Made by a program: the position numbers and the translations under genes. From a phage, in the NCBI GenBank assembly GCA_037431425.1, contig GCA_037431425.1_4129.1: a stretch of DNA of 64,000 nucleotides; one strand, 5' to 3'. This document shows, one piece after another, positions 21,763-31,706 of the stretch (positions within the stretch are counted from its first letter, which is position 1; the number at the start of each line of letters is the position of its first letter). The notes below the pieces were generated by a model. The model made no database searches. It was given only the letters and a program-made list of their open reading frames with translations, and had not been told where the DNA came from.

Positions 21763-22314
21763 GGACACAGAATAAATATATGATATAATAATTATGTACA
21801 ATCCTGTTGAATGCAGAAATGCATATAAATTAGAACCTGATCCTATCGAAAACGTAGATGGCAGATGAGCAGTTCAGCAGTGCGATGAGCAGAAGAAACC
21901 CGTCAGAAGTGGGCATAGTTTGAACCCCTCACGGCAATGCGGCTCAATAAAGAACTCCGATAAGCATACAGAGAGTTCCTAGATAGACATATAAGGAATC
22001 ACACCTTACCAGATTTGCTAAGGGAGTCTTGAAATAAGACAGCTTGAGCTTTGATTGTATAGAGTTTCAAGTGAGTGCTGGGATGAAAAGACCAGTGACC
22101 GTTGCATATGACCGTGATAGGGAGAAACAGAGCAACCCGCTTCCGTTTGTGATTGATCATTTTAACAATATAGATCCGTCCAAAATTCACGATACAATAA
22201 TATCCGATGCCATCAGCGTCAAGAAGAGACTTAATTGTCTCTTTTTTATTACTTTCATTCCCCTGTGGGGGGATGAAATAGTCCTCAACAAATCCCGTCA
22301 AGTATTAAAAGTCC

Positions 22315-22343
22315 TAGACAGTTATGAAACATTCGCGTATAAT
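22315..22343 (+). promoter_or_regulatory. sigma70-type promoter (TAGACA-N17-TATAAT)
   Basis: Precedes ORF 22408. Confidence 0.5.
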
Positions 22344-22407
22344 ACGTAGTATTAGAAGCGAACAGACATCTCGAAGAGATGGATGATTAACTATTAAGGA
22401 ATATCCA

Positions 22408-22617
22408 ATGAATTCAATCATATTTTTAGTAGTAGCTTTCTCTGTTAATTCCGGTGTACAAATAACCCCAATGAATTCCATGAATCAATGTATAGCAGTT
22501 CGTGATAGTACATACGAACAAGTAAACAAAAATATTAGAATGACAGTTAGTAAAGAACAAATGTGGTGTTACAATAGTAATACTAACGCAAAGCTTATTG
22601 TAGGACAAACTCAATGA
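22408..22617 (+). CDS. putative small secreted protein
   Basis: Track ORF downstream of promoter 22315..22343; signal-peptide-like N-terminus. Confidence 0.5.
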   Translation: MNSIIFLVVAFSVNSGVQITPMNSMNQCIAVRDSTYEQVNKNIRMTVSKEQMWCYNSNTNAKLIVGQTQ

Positions 22618-22844
22618 GTTATGGTGTTCGTTTTGAGATTCGCTCTATTGTTATTAATGATGATAAGAAAGCATCGTTAGATAGTGATATACGTGAAATT
22701 TATCTATCATGTATCCGTGCAAAATCTGAAGCAGATGCATTAGCACAAATGTATAGTTTTAACTTTTCAAACGGATTTAATTTGGAACGAGTTATTGAAG
22801 TGAAAAAAGTACTTATAGGTTGTAGCATAGAAGGAATCATGTAA
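22614..22844 (+). CDS. hypothetical small protein
   Basis: Track ORF; ATGA overlap. Confidence 0.5.
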   Translation: MSYGVRFEIRSIVINDDKKASLDSDIREIYLSCIRAKSEADALAQMYSFNFSNGFNLERVIEVKKVLIGCSIEGIM

Positions 22845-22845
22845 A

Positions 22846-23634
22846 ATGTGCACTATAGATGAACTGATTCGACGGAATTCAAAATATTACAAACCATCAG
22901 AAATTGTAGATAACATTACTAAATCAGAGTTCGGACCAAATACACGAAAACTAATTCATGTAATGTTACGTGATGGCTTTAAATGTGATTGTTGTGGTGA
23001 ATCCAATGTGGTATTCACTTTACATAAGCACAGTACTAAAGAACGTTATAAATTCAGACCTTATGTACTTAAAGGGAAACGCCTTGTACGCATGACGTTA
23101 GACCATAATGTACTGGACTGTCTTCAGGGCGGTAATGATAAAGAAAACATGACTGCACTGTGTGAGGATTGCAATGCATTACGCCAGCATAAATTTGCTG
23201 AGTACAGCGAGTTTAAGTTCTGGTATCATAATGCAGATCGTTCTATTGAACCTGACGTTAACTACTGCTTTATCGAGTACATTAAGAATGCAAAAGATAC
23301 ATACATTCTTAAATCTATGGAACCAATTACCGTGTTTCCAATGAACCTATACACTACATTAAAGAATAGTTTTATGGTAGGTGATATTGATGCATTCAAG
23401 TATTTTGACAAAGGTGCAAAACATTTTGAAGTTCAATGTCTTAGTACTGCACTATGTGAACTTATTAAAATTTACATAAAAGATTATTTGGGTATTGACA
23501 ATGTACGCGTACCAGAGTATACTTTTTCTATTGATTTCGATTGTGAATCAATCAAAGAGTTTGGGATTCTTTTCAATAAACAAATAGAACTTGCAATTCA
23601 AAACGAAATCAAGTACTATAATACTAACATTTAA
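22846..23634 (+). CDS. HNH endonuclease-like protein
   Basis: Track ORF; CxxC pair and LDHNVLDCLQGGNDKENMTALCEDCNALRQH fit the HNH motif. Confidence 0.6.
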   Translation: MCTIDELIRRNSKYYKPSEIVDNITKSEFGPNTRKLIHVMLRDGFKCDCCGESNVVFTLHKHSTKERYKFRPYVLKGKRLVRMTLDHNVLDCLQGGNDKENMTALCEDCNALRQHKFAEYSEFKFWYHNADRSIEPDVNYCFIEYIKNAKDTYILKSMEPITVFPMNLYTTLKNSFMVGDIDAFKYFDKGAKHFEVQCLSTALCELIKIYIKDYLGIDNVRVPEYTFSIDFDCESIKEFGILFNKQIELAIQNEIKYYNTNI

Positions 23635-23649
23635 TCAGAGGAAATTATT

Positions 23650-23832
23650 ATGCAAATCATCATTCTTATCGTAGGTATCATTCTTGGTGTATATGGTCAC
23701 TCCTGGATGAACGAGAAGTTCCCTAATACCCGTCCTGAGTATTGCAGTACGAATGTATACCAGAATGGTGAGAAACCAAAGGAAAGTATTGGTAAAAAGC
23801 TGGACAAAGTACTTGACGTTATCAACGAATAA
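23650..23832 (+). CDS. hypothetical small membrane protein
   Basis: Track ORF; SD gagga upstream. Confidence 0.5.
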   Translation: MQIIILIVGIILGVYGHSWMNEKFPNTRPEYCSTNVYQNGEKPKESIGKKLDKVLDVINE

Positions 23833-23841
23833 GGGTAAAGT

Positions 23842-24042
23842 ATGTTTAAATCAAATACAAATGTTGGTAAGAAGGTTAAATTACTTGAGGATGTATCCAC
23901 CTTGAGTGGAATTTTCCCAAGAGGTCACATCATGACTATTATTGCAGAAACATCCCGTGGGTGGGATTTGGAAGATGCTGATGGTAATCGCATCCTTGAG
24001 GCTGGATTCTATGGTCATCGTGAATATAAAATCATTGATTAA
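23842..24042 (+). CDS. hypothetical small protein
   Basis: Track ORF. Confidence 0.5.
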   Translation: MFKSNTNVGKKVKLLEDVSTLSGIFPRGHIMTIIAETSRGWDLEDADGNRILEAGFYGHREYKIID

Positions 24043-24051
24043 GGATGTAAC

Positions 24052-24135
24052 ATGACTTTAGAGATTGTCTTTGGTATTGTTAGCTTAGTCGTCTGTGTGG
24101 GTTGGTTTGGGTATCTGATGATTTTTGGTGATTAA
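24052..24135 (+). CDS. hydrophobic peptide (27 aa), tentative
   Basis: Manually found; SD aaggatg; entirely hydrophobic. Confidence 0.3.
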   Translation: MTLEIVFGIVSLVVCVGWFGYLMIFGD

Positions 24136-24138
24136 TAC

Positions 24139-24166
24139 TTGACATAAGATATCAGTACTGTATAAT
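24139..24166 (+). promoter_or_regulatory. sigma70-type promoter (TTGACA-N16-TATAAT)
   Basis: Consensus; CAGTACTG immediately upstream of -10. Confidence 0.7.
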
Positions 24167-24259
24167 GTTTATATCAAAGGGAATGCAGTGAAAGGAAAGA
24201 CAGCATAATCGTACTCGTCACTGTGTTCCTTTACTTTTAAATTAAATGAGGAATTAACT

Positions 24260-24568
24260 ATGTTTCAAACTAACACTCAAGGTTTTGTAATCATTGATTT
24301 GAATCAAAACAGCGGTAATTGGATGAAACCTACTGACGCATGTATGCAGTTTGATTTCTTAGGTTACAGAATTAGTGTAAGCACTGGTGCTTCTGTACTG
24401 AGGGGTGGTTGTATTGTTGAACATCTGGTAACTGATCCAGAAGGTCGTGAGTATGAAATCGCAGGTTCAGTACAAGATGCCATTATGTTTGTATGTCAGC
24501 GTGAAATGAATGGTTCGAATTCAAATGCACTGACTCATGCTCTTTCTCAAGAAGTGGAGATTCGTTAA
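24260..24568 (+). CDS. hypothetical protein
   Basis: Track ORF downstream of promoter 24139..24166; SD gagga. Confidence 0.6.
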   Translation: MFQTNTQGFVIIDLNQNSGNWMKPTDACMQFDFLGYRISVSTGASVLRGGCIVEHLVTDPEGREYEIAGSVQDAIMFVCQREMNGSNSNALTHALSQEVEIR

Positions 24569-24819
24569 TGAAATACATTGTAGCAGTACTCGTCGCATTT
24601 TTACTCACTGCATGTGATGCTTCAACCAAAGAACGCACAAGTGATTTTATTCTCCCGACTGAATTAAAAGAAGCCGGATGTAAGATTTATCGTATGCAAA
24701 AGGACGGTGCTGATGTAACCTTGTATACAGTTTATTGCCCTAATGCAAATACCAGTACTGGATACACTAGCGGTAAAACACGAGTCAATACTTCAGTGAT
24801 TAATGGAGTACAACAATGA
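24568..24819 (+). CDS. putative lipoprotein
   Basis: Track ORF; N-terminus MKYIVAVLVAFLLTAC carries a lipobox-like LTAC. Confidence 0.55.
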   Translation: MKYIVAVLVAFLLTACDASTKERTSDFILPTELKEAGCKIYRMQKDGADVTLYTVYCPNANTSTGYTSGKTRVNTSVINGVQQ

Positions 24820-25184
24820 GCCTTGATACAACCCGTGCAACAGATTTATTAACTCGTCTGAATGATGAAGAATATCTTGCTGAAATAAAGTACAAGCTTG
24901 ACAAACTGGTTCGAAGTGCTGAAGTAATTGAAGTTGAAGGTCACTTACCAATGGATCAATTCCATACGTTCAACGAAGAGATGGTTTATTATCCTAATGA
25001 AATTTGGATTGAGTGGCAACATTGGACTGGTAAAACACTACGTATTGAAGGGTATTGTGTGAAGTATGAACGTGATCCTGGTTATGTGACAAAAACTTTG
25101 TCAATTTGGTGTACAAAAACACATGAACTCGTTGAGGTGAATTTGAATTATATGAATGGCTTCCGTTGGGGTGATGTTAAATGA
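24816..25184 (+). CDS. hypothetical protein
   Basis: Track ORF. Confidence 0.5.
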   Translation: MSLDTTRATDLLTRLNDEEYLAEIKYKLDKLVRSAEVIEVEGHLPMDQFHTFNEEMVYYPNEIWIEWQHWTGKTLRIEGYCVKYERDPGYVTKTLSIWCTKTHELVEVNLNYMNGFRWGDVK

Positions 25185-25456
25185 TTAAAAAACTCTTGAC
25201 GGTGTTCTTTGTATTCAGTACAATGTTTCTTACAGCATGTAACGATGACGGCAGGTTAAGTGCAAAAGACTTAGCTCGATTAGATTGTGCATACACAGGT
25301 AAGTCTTTTATTAACGAGTATGAGGTATGCACACAATCAGGTCGTATCTGTGGTGGTTGGGAGAAACGTCAGGAGCGATTGTATGTATATGAATGTCCTG
25401 GACAACTCAACAAAGTACTAAGCACACAAAAACTTGTTTATGATAAGGTTGAATAA
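25181..25456 (+). CDS. putative lipoprotein
   Basis: Track ORF; N-terminus MIKKLLTVFFVFSTMFLTAC carries a lipobox-like LTAC. Confidence 0.55.
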   Translation: MIKKLLTVFFVFSTMFLTACNDDGRLSAKDLARLDCAYTGKSFINEYEVCTQSGRICGGWEKRQERLYVYECPGQLNKVLSTQKLVYDKVE

Positions 25457-25671
25457 TGACTACTAATGAAATGATGCAGGTTATTTGGGATAAAGGTTGT
25501 GATATTAAAATCACTAGTACTGATGTTCGTGTATTCAAAACTGAATACCTGGAGTACTTGGACCTTGATACTTATAATAATATTGTATCAATTGAACATA
25601 AAGGTGCAGTACTTGAAACTATTGATGTGGTTCTGAAGAAAGCAACAGACCTATTAGGTGCGTCAGTGTGA
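25456..25671 (+). CDS. hypothetical small protein
   Basis: Track ORF. Confidence 0.5.
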   Translation: MTTNEMMQVIWDKGCDIKITSTDVRVFKTEYLEYLDLDTYNNIVSIEHKGAVLETIDVVLKKATDLLGASV

Positions 25672-25822
25672 ATAATAAAGAGTGGGAAGAATACCGAAAA
25701 AAATGCCGAGAGTTTGATAAAGAACTAACTGGTACTATTAATGCAGTAATGGGTGTATCTGTTTTTATTGCAGTTGTGTCATTATTTGCTGTTATTATTA
25801 ATAAATTTTTATAGGAACTCCC

Positions 25823-26020
25823 ATGTTTACTTTATATCTCGCAGTGGTTCTTACTAATGGTGAAATCACTCGTACTATTGGTGAAGGTGTATATAAAACG
25901 CCTGAGCAATGTTACTCTGCTACACATTGGCCTCGTGATAGTGATGATACTCGTACCGAATTTAAATGCATGAAAGTAAAAGGTGATTTTGTTAACCTTA
26001 AAGTTATTGAGGATAAATGA
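25823..26020 (+). CDS. hypothetical small protein
   Basis: Track ORF; SD aggaa. Confidence 0.5.
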   Translation: MFTLYLAVVLTNGEITRTIGEGVYKTPEQCYSATHWPRDSDDTRTEFKCMKVKGDFVNLKVIEDK

Positions 26021-26535
26021 TGAATATTAATGAGTTGTTAATATTATTGTTTAATCGTGGAAATGATGTAAGACGTACTATCTATCAAGACAAAATACAC
26101 ATTGAAACTGATAAATGTTATGGTAAAACAACTCATGAGATTTTAAAACCGAACGGTAAACGATATGCCGACGTATGTTTTCATGAAAGAAGTGATGGTA
26201 GTGACATAATCAGTACTGATATTGTGTTTTATGCTAGATCATCGGCAGAATCGTATGAAATCGAACTTGTATATTGCCCTAGTTCAAAAGCACACAATAA
26301 GCGTCAGATATTGTATGATGTTTATTCACCACCAGGTGTAGCTGAACATTTTGTTATCGATTACAGTACTGAAGAAAGTGTGTTTCAACAGAGTTTGATT
26401 CATAACTTCCAGTTGAACGATCCAAATGTACCAAAGATGTTCAAACTACTCGATGTAATTGATGTTGATTTTGAATTTGTTATGTGCATCAGAACTTCTT
26501 TAATCGATGAATTTATGGAATTACTTAATATATGA
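26017..26535 (+). CDS. hypothetical protein
   Basis: Track ORF. Confidence 0.5.
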   Translation: MMNINELLILLFNRGNDVRRTIYQDKIHIETDKCYGKTTHEILKPNGKRYADVCFHERSDGSDIISTDIVFYARSSAESYEIELVYCPSSKAHNKRQILYDVYSPPGVAEHFVIDYSTEESVFQQSLIHNFQLNDPNVPKMFKLLDVIDVDFEFVMCIRTSLIDEFMELLNI

Positions 26536-26753
26536 ATCGTTACTACATTGTTTATGAGCATGTATCTGAGTTTAATAATATACGTGGATATAAGAAAGAA
26601 GTTCAGAAGATTGATGTATTTGTACATGCTTTTAATCCTACTCATGCACTAATGAAACTGTTTGATGAAGTAACTAAGTACAACACACCAAAAACACAAC
26701 GCTATGTTGGAACTGTACATAGTGTAATGCTTACTGAATATGATGGAGAATGA
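26532..26753 (+). CDS. hypothetical small protein
   Basis: Track ORF. Confidence 0.5.
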   Translation: MNRYYIVYEHVSEFNNIRGYKKEVQKIDVFVHAFNPTHALMKLFDEVTKYNTPKTQRYVGTVHSVMLTEYDGE

Positions 26754-26756
26754 CAA

Positions 26757-26975
26757 ATGAATTTATATCTTGTTGAAGGGTCAGTGCAAGTGTGCACCGT
26801 AGATGGTGAAGGTTATCGCTTTTCACATGTAGAAGATTTTAAGTACGTTGTACATGCGGAAGGTCAGTATGACGCAGAAATTCAGGTTAAAGAATCATTC
26901 CGTAATAAGAATGCCATTGGAAAATTCAAATACCAGAACTTACAATTCATTGTATGGCCCAGCATTAATGACTAA
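26757..26975 (+). CDS. hypothetical small protein
   Basis: Track ORF. Confidence 0.5.
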   Translation: MNLYLVEGSVQVCTVDGEGYRFSHVEDFKYVVHAEGQYDAEIQVKESFRNKNAIGKFKYQNLQFIVWPSIND

Positions 26976-26976
26976 G

Positions 26977-27183
26977 ATGTGGTGGTGTCATGGTGTCTAC
27001 AATGTCTATGAATATGGTAGATTCAAAATGAGCAGTACATATGCCAGACGTGTAAATGCGAAAAACCAAGTTGATGCTGCTTGTGAGATTGTAGAGTGGT
27101 ATGCAGAGTTCAATGCAATTGAATATATGTACGAAATAGTCACAATAAATGTTGTACAAATTGACACTTCTTTGATACAATAA
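26977..27183 (+). CDS. hypothetical small protein
   Basis: Track ORF 26848..27183; ATG 26977 right after upstream stop is preferred. Confidence 0.4.
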   Translation: MWWCHGVYNVYEYGRFKMSSTYARRVNAKNQVDAACEIVEWYAEFNAIEYMYEIVTINVVQIDTSLIQ

Positions 27184-27214
27184 CTTTATCAAAACAACTT
27201 CATCTGAGGATTTT

Positions 27215-27877
27215 ATGTTAGTAAATCTCAACTTTATCACTTCTCCTGATTGGGCATTGCGTGGTGTTTCTTTGAACTTTAAAGAAACTCATTTTGAACA
27301 CATTGGTGATTGTACTTTAGTTAATGCTACATTTGATCCACATCATCCTTTTTGGGCTAAAATTCACGATCCAAATGTAAACAATAGTACATCAGTCATG
27401 ACTATTGTTCAAACGAAACATCCTGGTATTCTTGCAGGCTACCGTCCTGAACATGCAATTGAACACTTCACTGATTACGATGTGGTTGATGAATATCCAA
27501 TGATCCATAAAGATGGAAGTTTATACACATCTGAAGACGTTCGTGCTATCTTTAATAGTACTGATGATATTCTACCAAGTGGACGAGCACGTCCTAAGTC
27601 TTATCTTATGCATTCATCTTATGGTGTAGCAGACACACTTGAGCAGATTATGAAGAAGTTCAAGAACCTAATTGAAGGTCCAGAAGAAATTGTTTTATGC
27701 TATCATCCAGTACTGAAATCTGACCAACCAGAGAGTGGTGGGTGGCGTTGGCATAAGAATGGTGAGTACATCGGAACTAAGCGTAGTAAAGAACGCTTTG
27801 AGTACTTGTATGATGAGCCAGATGTTGATGTTGTTTTGTGTTATAATTTTCTTAAGGTGAAAAAGAAATGTATCTAG
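27215..27877 (+). CDS. hypothetical protein (220 aa)
   Basis: Track ORF; SD gagga. Confidence 0.6.
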   Translation: MLVNLNFITSPDWALRGVSLNFKETHFEHIGDCTLVNATFDPHHPFWAKIHDPNVNNSTSVMTIVQTKHPGILAGYRPEHAIEHFTDYDVVDEYPMIHKDGSLYTSEDVRAIFNSTDDILPSGRARPKSYLMHSSYGVADTLEQIMKKFKNLIEGPEEIVLCYHPVLKSDQPESGGWRWHKNGEYIGTKRSKERFEYLYDEPDVDVVLCYNFLKVKKKCI

Positions 27878-28110
27878 TATTGAATTTTGTAGTTGTGTTT
27901 TTGTTTATGTTATATCCTACACTTGTAGCATTAGCCACTAAACGAACATGGACACACATTATTACTGTTTTCTTTCTTAACGTTGTTCTTGTATTTGTGT
28001 CTATTATTATTCCAATAAGCTTTACATATACTGACATTGTATTTGTATTACTCTTTGTGTTCAGTTATCTTATGCTCATTGATGAAAATAATATTGACAA
28101 ACGTTCTTAG
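27868..28110 (+). CDS. hypothetical membrane protein
   Basis: Track ORF; two hydrophobic helices. Confidence 0.5.
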   Translation: MYLVLNFVVVFLFMLYPTLVALATKRTWTHIITVFFLNVVLVFVSIIIPISFTYTDIVFVLLFVFSYLMLIDENNIDKRS

Positions 28111-28121
28111 AACTGTATAAT
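28094..28121 (+). promoter_or_regulatory. sigma70-type promoter (TTGACA-N16-TATAAT)
   Basis: Consensus hexamers with extended TG. Confidence 0.65.
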
Positions 28122-28164
28122 AGTTACTGTAGTTTAAAAACACTTTATTTTGAGGATATGAAAT

Positions 28165-28485
28165 ATGTTATCAGTATTGTTTTCGATTCCATCCCTAGTT
28201 CTGATTTGGCTTATTGTTTACGAATTCTTTATCACTGATGTTAATGATAAAAAAGAGTTTGTACAGTTGTTTCTGCTAGATTCACCGATTGTCCGAATTT
28301 ATTATACTATCGTTTGTGTTTCAGTACTTGTATGGATTGTGAGTTTTATTTTTCCATTGGGATCATTAGTATATACATTGAATTTTATGGAAAATGTAGT
28401 GGCTATTCTATGGCTAATTGCAGCATGGTATGCAGGTAATGTTAGTATTTGGATTGATATTTTAAAATCTAAATTCACAAAATAA
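28165..28485 (+). CDS. hypothetical membrane protein
   Basis: Track ORF downstream of promoter 28094..28121; SD gagga. Confidence 0.55.
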   Translation: MLSVLFSIPSLVLIWLIVYEFFITDVNDKKEFVQLFLLDSPIVRIYYTIVCVSVLVWIVSFIFPLGSLVYTLNFMENVVAILWLIAAWYAGNVSIWIDILKSKFTK

Positions 28486-28568
28486 TATTTAATAGTAAAA
28501 AAATACCCCTATGATATTAAATACTTGTATACTATATGTACAAATGTATTTTTCTATAGGGGTTTGTT

Positions 28569-28928
28569 ATGGGTAGATATATAAAATTAATAGCATTTGC
28601 TTGCTTATTATTTTCATGTTTTAGTTATGGTTCGTCATCTGTAACACAATGTCGTAGTTCGAATGGAACTATATATTCATTGACAAACGATCCGAATAAT
28701 GGTAAAAACATTGTTATCAATGGTGTAACTTATCGTGTTAAAGCTCAGAGTACCATCGGTAATAAAAAGATAACGACTTATGTAAATGATTCTGGAACAA
28801 TTGCGAATGTTATATTAATCGTTAACCCAATAACAGGTAATGGTGATATCTATATTGTGATTTATTTGGATACAGCATTACAACGAGAACTAAATTTGGA
28901 TGAATTAAATCTGCACTGCAAAATATAG
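28569..28928 (+). CDS. putative secreted protein
   Basis: Track ORF; signal-peptide-like N-terminus. Confidence 0.5.
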   Translation: MGRYIKLIAFACLLFSCFSYGSSSVTQCRSSNGTIYSLTNDPNNGKNIVINGVTYRVKAQSTIGNKKITTYVNDSGTIANVILIVNPITGNGDIYIVIYLDTALQRELNLDELNLHCKI

Positions 28929-28938
28929 GATATAATAT

Positions 28939-29316
28939 ATGCTCAATTCTATTGTGATTTGGTTTTTAAGTATTCCAATTATTTTATCTTTTGTAATTTC
29001 TATTTGTATGATTTTATATTTTATTTTTGCTGGGGTGTATTTTATTTTTACAAACAAAGATATTTTTATTTCTAAACTTGATTCTATATTTGCTTGTGAG
29101 TCGTTAGCTTATAATTTGTGGATAATTTGTTCTTGTATCATGGGTATGGCATTCCTACTACACGAATTTAATGTCATTGATGATAATGTTGTATATATTA
29201 GTACTGGGTTAGCATTATATCCAGCTACATGGTACTTGATTTATGTTGTCGATATATGGTATAGTACTTACAAAGAATACCAGTGTAAAAAGTCATCAAA
29301 AGTTGAGAGGAAATGA
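28939..29316 (+). CDS. hypothetical multi-pass membrane protein
   Basis: Track ORF. Confidence 0.5.
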   Translation: MLNSIVIWFLSIPIILSFVISICMILYFIFAGVYFIFTNKDIFISKLDSIFACESLAYNLWIICSCIMGMAFLLHEFNVIDDNVVYISTGLALYPATWYLIYVVDIWYSTYKEYQCKKSSKVERK

Positions 29317-29669
29317 TTATGAAAATTATCTTGTTTTTTGTATCTATGTTAGTTTGTGGTTTAGTGTCAGCAGAACCGTTGGAAGGTGTTGTTTGTACAG
29401 ATGGAAATACCAAACACACATATCAAGGTGATAGCTATGACCGCGATATCGTTTATATTGATGGTCAACAATACAGCTTTGTTAAAGAACATACCATTGG
29501 TGACATTAGTTTTACTGAGTTCGCGAAAGATGAGAATCCGAAGGAATTGGCATTTATTGAAGTTGATTTGTATGAAGACAGTAATGGCTCTCAATATGCT
29601 AAACTTGTATTGATGCGTCGTGGTGCAAAAGAAACAAGTTTTGGTGGTTTATGTAAATACAAGGACTAA
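29313..29669 (+). CDS. putative secreted protein
   Basis: Track ORF; signal-peptide-like MIMKIILFFVSMLVCGLVSAEP. Confidence 0.55.
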   Translation: MIMKIILFFVSMLVCGLVSAEPLEGVVCTDGNTKHTYQGDSYDRDIVYIDGQQYSFVKEHTIGDISFTEFAKDENPKELAFIEVDLYEDSNGSQYAKLVLMRRGAKETSFGGLCKYKD

Positions 29670-29674
29670 ATTTT

Positions 29675-29866
29675 ATGTTGATTTATCAATGTGACGGTAT
29701 TCGTGTTCTACAACATCCTTATCTTCAAATCTTTCATGTTCAGATGTTTATGGAAGGTGATAATCCGAGAACTTATGAACGCACATATGATTATTTCACG
29801 GTCAAAGAGTGCGACAACATCGATGAAGTACGACGATTAGTACATGAACTCCAAAACAAAGGTTGA
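29675..29866 (+). CDS. hypothetical small protein
   Basis: Track ORF ending inside the first PeSL-like module. Confidence 0.5.
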   Translation: MLIYQCDGIRVLQHPYLQIFHVQMFMEGDNPRTYERTYDYFTVKECDNIDEVRRLVHELQNKG

Positions 29867-29892
29867 CTTCGGTCAGCCTTTTTTGTTATAAT
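29858..29892 (+). promoter_or_regulatory. PeSL-like module 1: terminator hairpin with embedded -35 TTGACT plus downstream -10
   Basis: GGTTGAC-TTCG-GTCAGCC stem-loop, T-run, then TATAAT 18 nt after TTGACT. Confidence 0.65.
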
Positions 29893-29920
29893 TATTTTAT
29901 ATTCTAATGGAGTTTAAATT

Positions 29921-30361
29921 ATGTTAGTATATCGTTTTGAACTTAAATTTAGTTACATTGAACCTGATTTGAAACCAGCAACAAATGTTGGTCCATTTGC
30001 ACGGTATTCTTCAAAATATAGTACTAAAAATGGTTTTGACCGTTTGTATATGTCTACGCCTACGCAGTTCCAACCTGAACCAACTGATGATGGGATCTAT
30101 TCAATCAAATATGGATGGGCATTTGGCTGTCAAAGTTTGAATGATTTGTTTCGGTTCTTTACTATGGACTTGGGTAAATTACATCGTGCTGGGTTTGCTA
30201 TTTCCGTATATGACGTACCTGATAATCACGTTGATATTGGACGAAACCAGGTTCAGTTCCATTATAGGAGTGCAACTTTGGTTCGTATTATGTCTATTAA
30301 GGAAGCAAAGGATGAGTACCGCCATAGTAAAAGAATAATACATGAGGCTGTATATGGATAA
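29921..30361 (+). CDS. hypothetical protein
   Basis: Track ORF downstream of PeSL-like promoter; SD ggag. Confidence 0.55.
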   Translation: MLVYRFELKFSYIEPDLKPATNVGPFARYSSKYSTKNGFDRLYMSTPTQFQPEPTDDGIYSIKYGWAFGCQSLNDLFRFFTMDLGKLHRAGFAISVYDVPDNHVDIGRNQVQFHYRSATLVRIMSIKEAKDEYRHSKRIIHEAVYG

Positions 30362-30698
30362 GACTCAAATAGAATTAAAAAAATTTGTATCGTTCTATCT
30401 ACCAAATGATCCACGTAATTCACAAAAAGATTTTGAATATTATAATATCCTAAGTAAACAGTTAATGAGAAAGTTTCAACAGTGTTTAAGTATATTCAAT
30501 ACTGATGGTAGACGTAGATACCGAATCATTTCAATGAATGATGAAAACGCAAACTACTTTGATTATGATGTTGTTTTTAGAGCATATAATGATGACCGAA
30601 TTAAATTAAATTATGATCAAATAATATTTGATCTAAGTGCTATATCTGTTATAATTACTCACATCGCCGAGATTAATGGTTTTAAAGAGTGGTATTGA
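30354..30698 (+). CDS. hypothetical protein
   Basis: Track ORF 30342..30698; ATG 30354 is an alternative start. Confidence 0.45.
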   Translation: MDKTQIELKKFVSFYLPNDPRNSQKDFEYYNILSKQLMRKFQQCLSIFNTDGRRRYRIISMNDENANYFDYDVVFRAYNDDRIKLNYDQIIFDLSAISVIITHIAEINGFKEWY

Positions 30699-30712
30699 AT
30701 AGAGGACAATAT

Positions 30713-30979
30713 ATGAAGCTTAAATTGCAATATAATGGATTTACTTTACGTAATGATACTGAGTTTGTCAATCGTTCACCTGGTGCTGAACTTTTTTTGC
30801 GAGAGATGAACATTCCTTTCATCATCACTACTGTAGGAGATCGTGAAGTTTTACAATACGCAGAGCATCCTATTATTGATGTTCCTTGGTACTCTGAACA
30901 TATGTACATGGATATGGCACGTCGCTACAACTGTAAGTTCATAGTAGAAGGTGATAAAATTACAGTACAATTTAAATGA
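30713..30979 (+). CDS. hypothetical protein
   Basis: Track ORF 30689..30979; ATG 30713 after agagga is preferred. Confidence 0.5.
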   Translation: MKLKLQYNGFTLRNDTEFVNRSPGAELFLREMNIPFIITTVGDREVLQYAEHPIIDVPWYSEHMYMDMARRYNCKFIVEGDKITVQFK

Positions 30980-31120
30980 TGTGAATTGAAATGATCATTT
31001 AAGCATCATTGTAAATGTAGAAATGGTGTACATGAAGTATAATATAAAAAGGGAAATCATATATGGTTTCCCCTTTTTCTTATTACGTACAATTAAGGAC
31101 ATATATTAATTGAGGAAATT

Positions 31121-31693
31121 ATGAATCGTAAAGGTCGTTTTAAGGTATCAAAGAAGAACAAAAGTTCTAGATTTAAGCCTATAGTTTTAACCGTTAAAGC
31201 CAAAGCGGAATTAACTGCACTTAGTAAAAAGATCATTTCATCTAAGATTAAAGTATCATACGTAAATTCGGTAAAATATCGAAAGGTTAAACCACAAGAC
31301 CTACTCATTTCACTTATATTTGAACGTAATGATTTTGAGATATCAGTGGATGATTATAGAGCCTATAATGCTGGTTTCATTAATGTTACTTGTACTACAG
31401 AACTAACTGAATTAGAACATTTGTCATGTATAGTAAATCTCGATAAAGGTGTAGTGAAATACCACTTTGTACATTTTACTAATATTAATGATGGAAAGGG
31501 TGTACAATCCAGAACTATAGTACCTACATGTGATGTGACTAAATTATCAAAGCTCAATGACGAAGAATATTTTCAAGAAAGTACTGTAACTGAATATATA
31601 GATGAAATTATAGCAACTTACAAAGAATGTATATGGGTTTTAAATGCAATGAAGCCTAAATTATGTTTGATGAATATTGTACGTGATTTATGA
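31121..31693 (+). CDS. hypothetical basic protein with C-terminal DEEYFQESTV module
   Basis: Track ORF; SD gaggaaa. Confidence 0.55.
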   Translation: MNRKGRFKVSKKNKSSRFKPIVLTVKAKAELTALSKKIISSKIKVSYVNSVKYRKVKPQDLLISLIFERNDFEISVDDYRAYNAGFINVTCTTELTELEHLSCIVNLDKGVVKYHFVHFTNINDGKGVQSRTIVPTCDVTKLSKLNDEEYFQESTVTEYIDEIIATYKECIWVLNAMKPKLCLMNIVRDL

Positions 31694-31706
31694 ATAAGGA
31701 ATTGAA

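Noticed and set aside
22846-23634. Group I intron associated with the HNH genes
   Set aside because: No recognisable group I core elements seen and no obviously split host gene flanking the HNH ORFs
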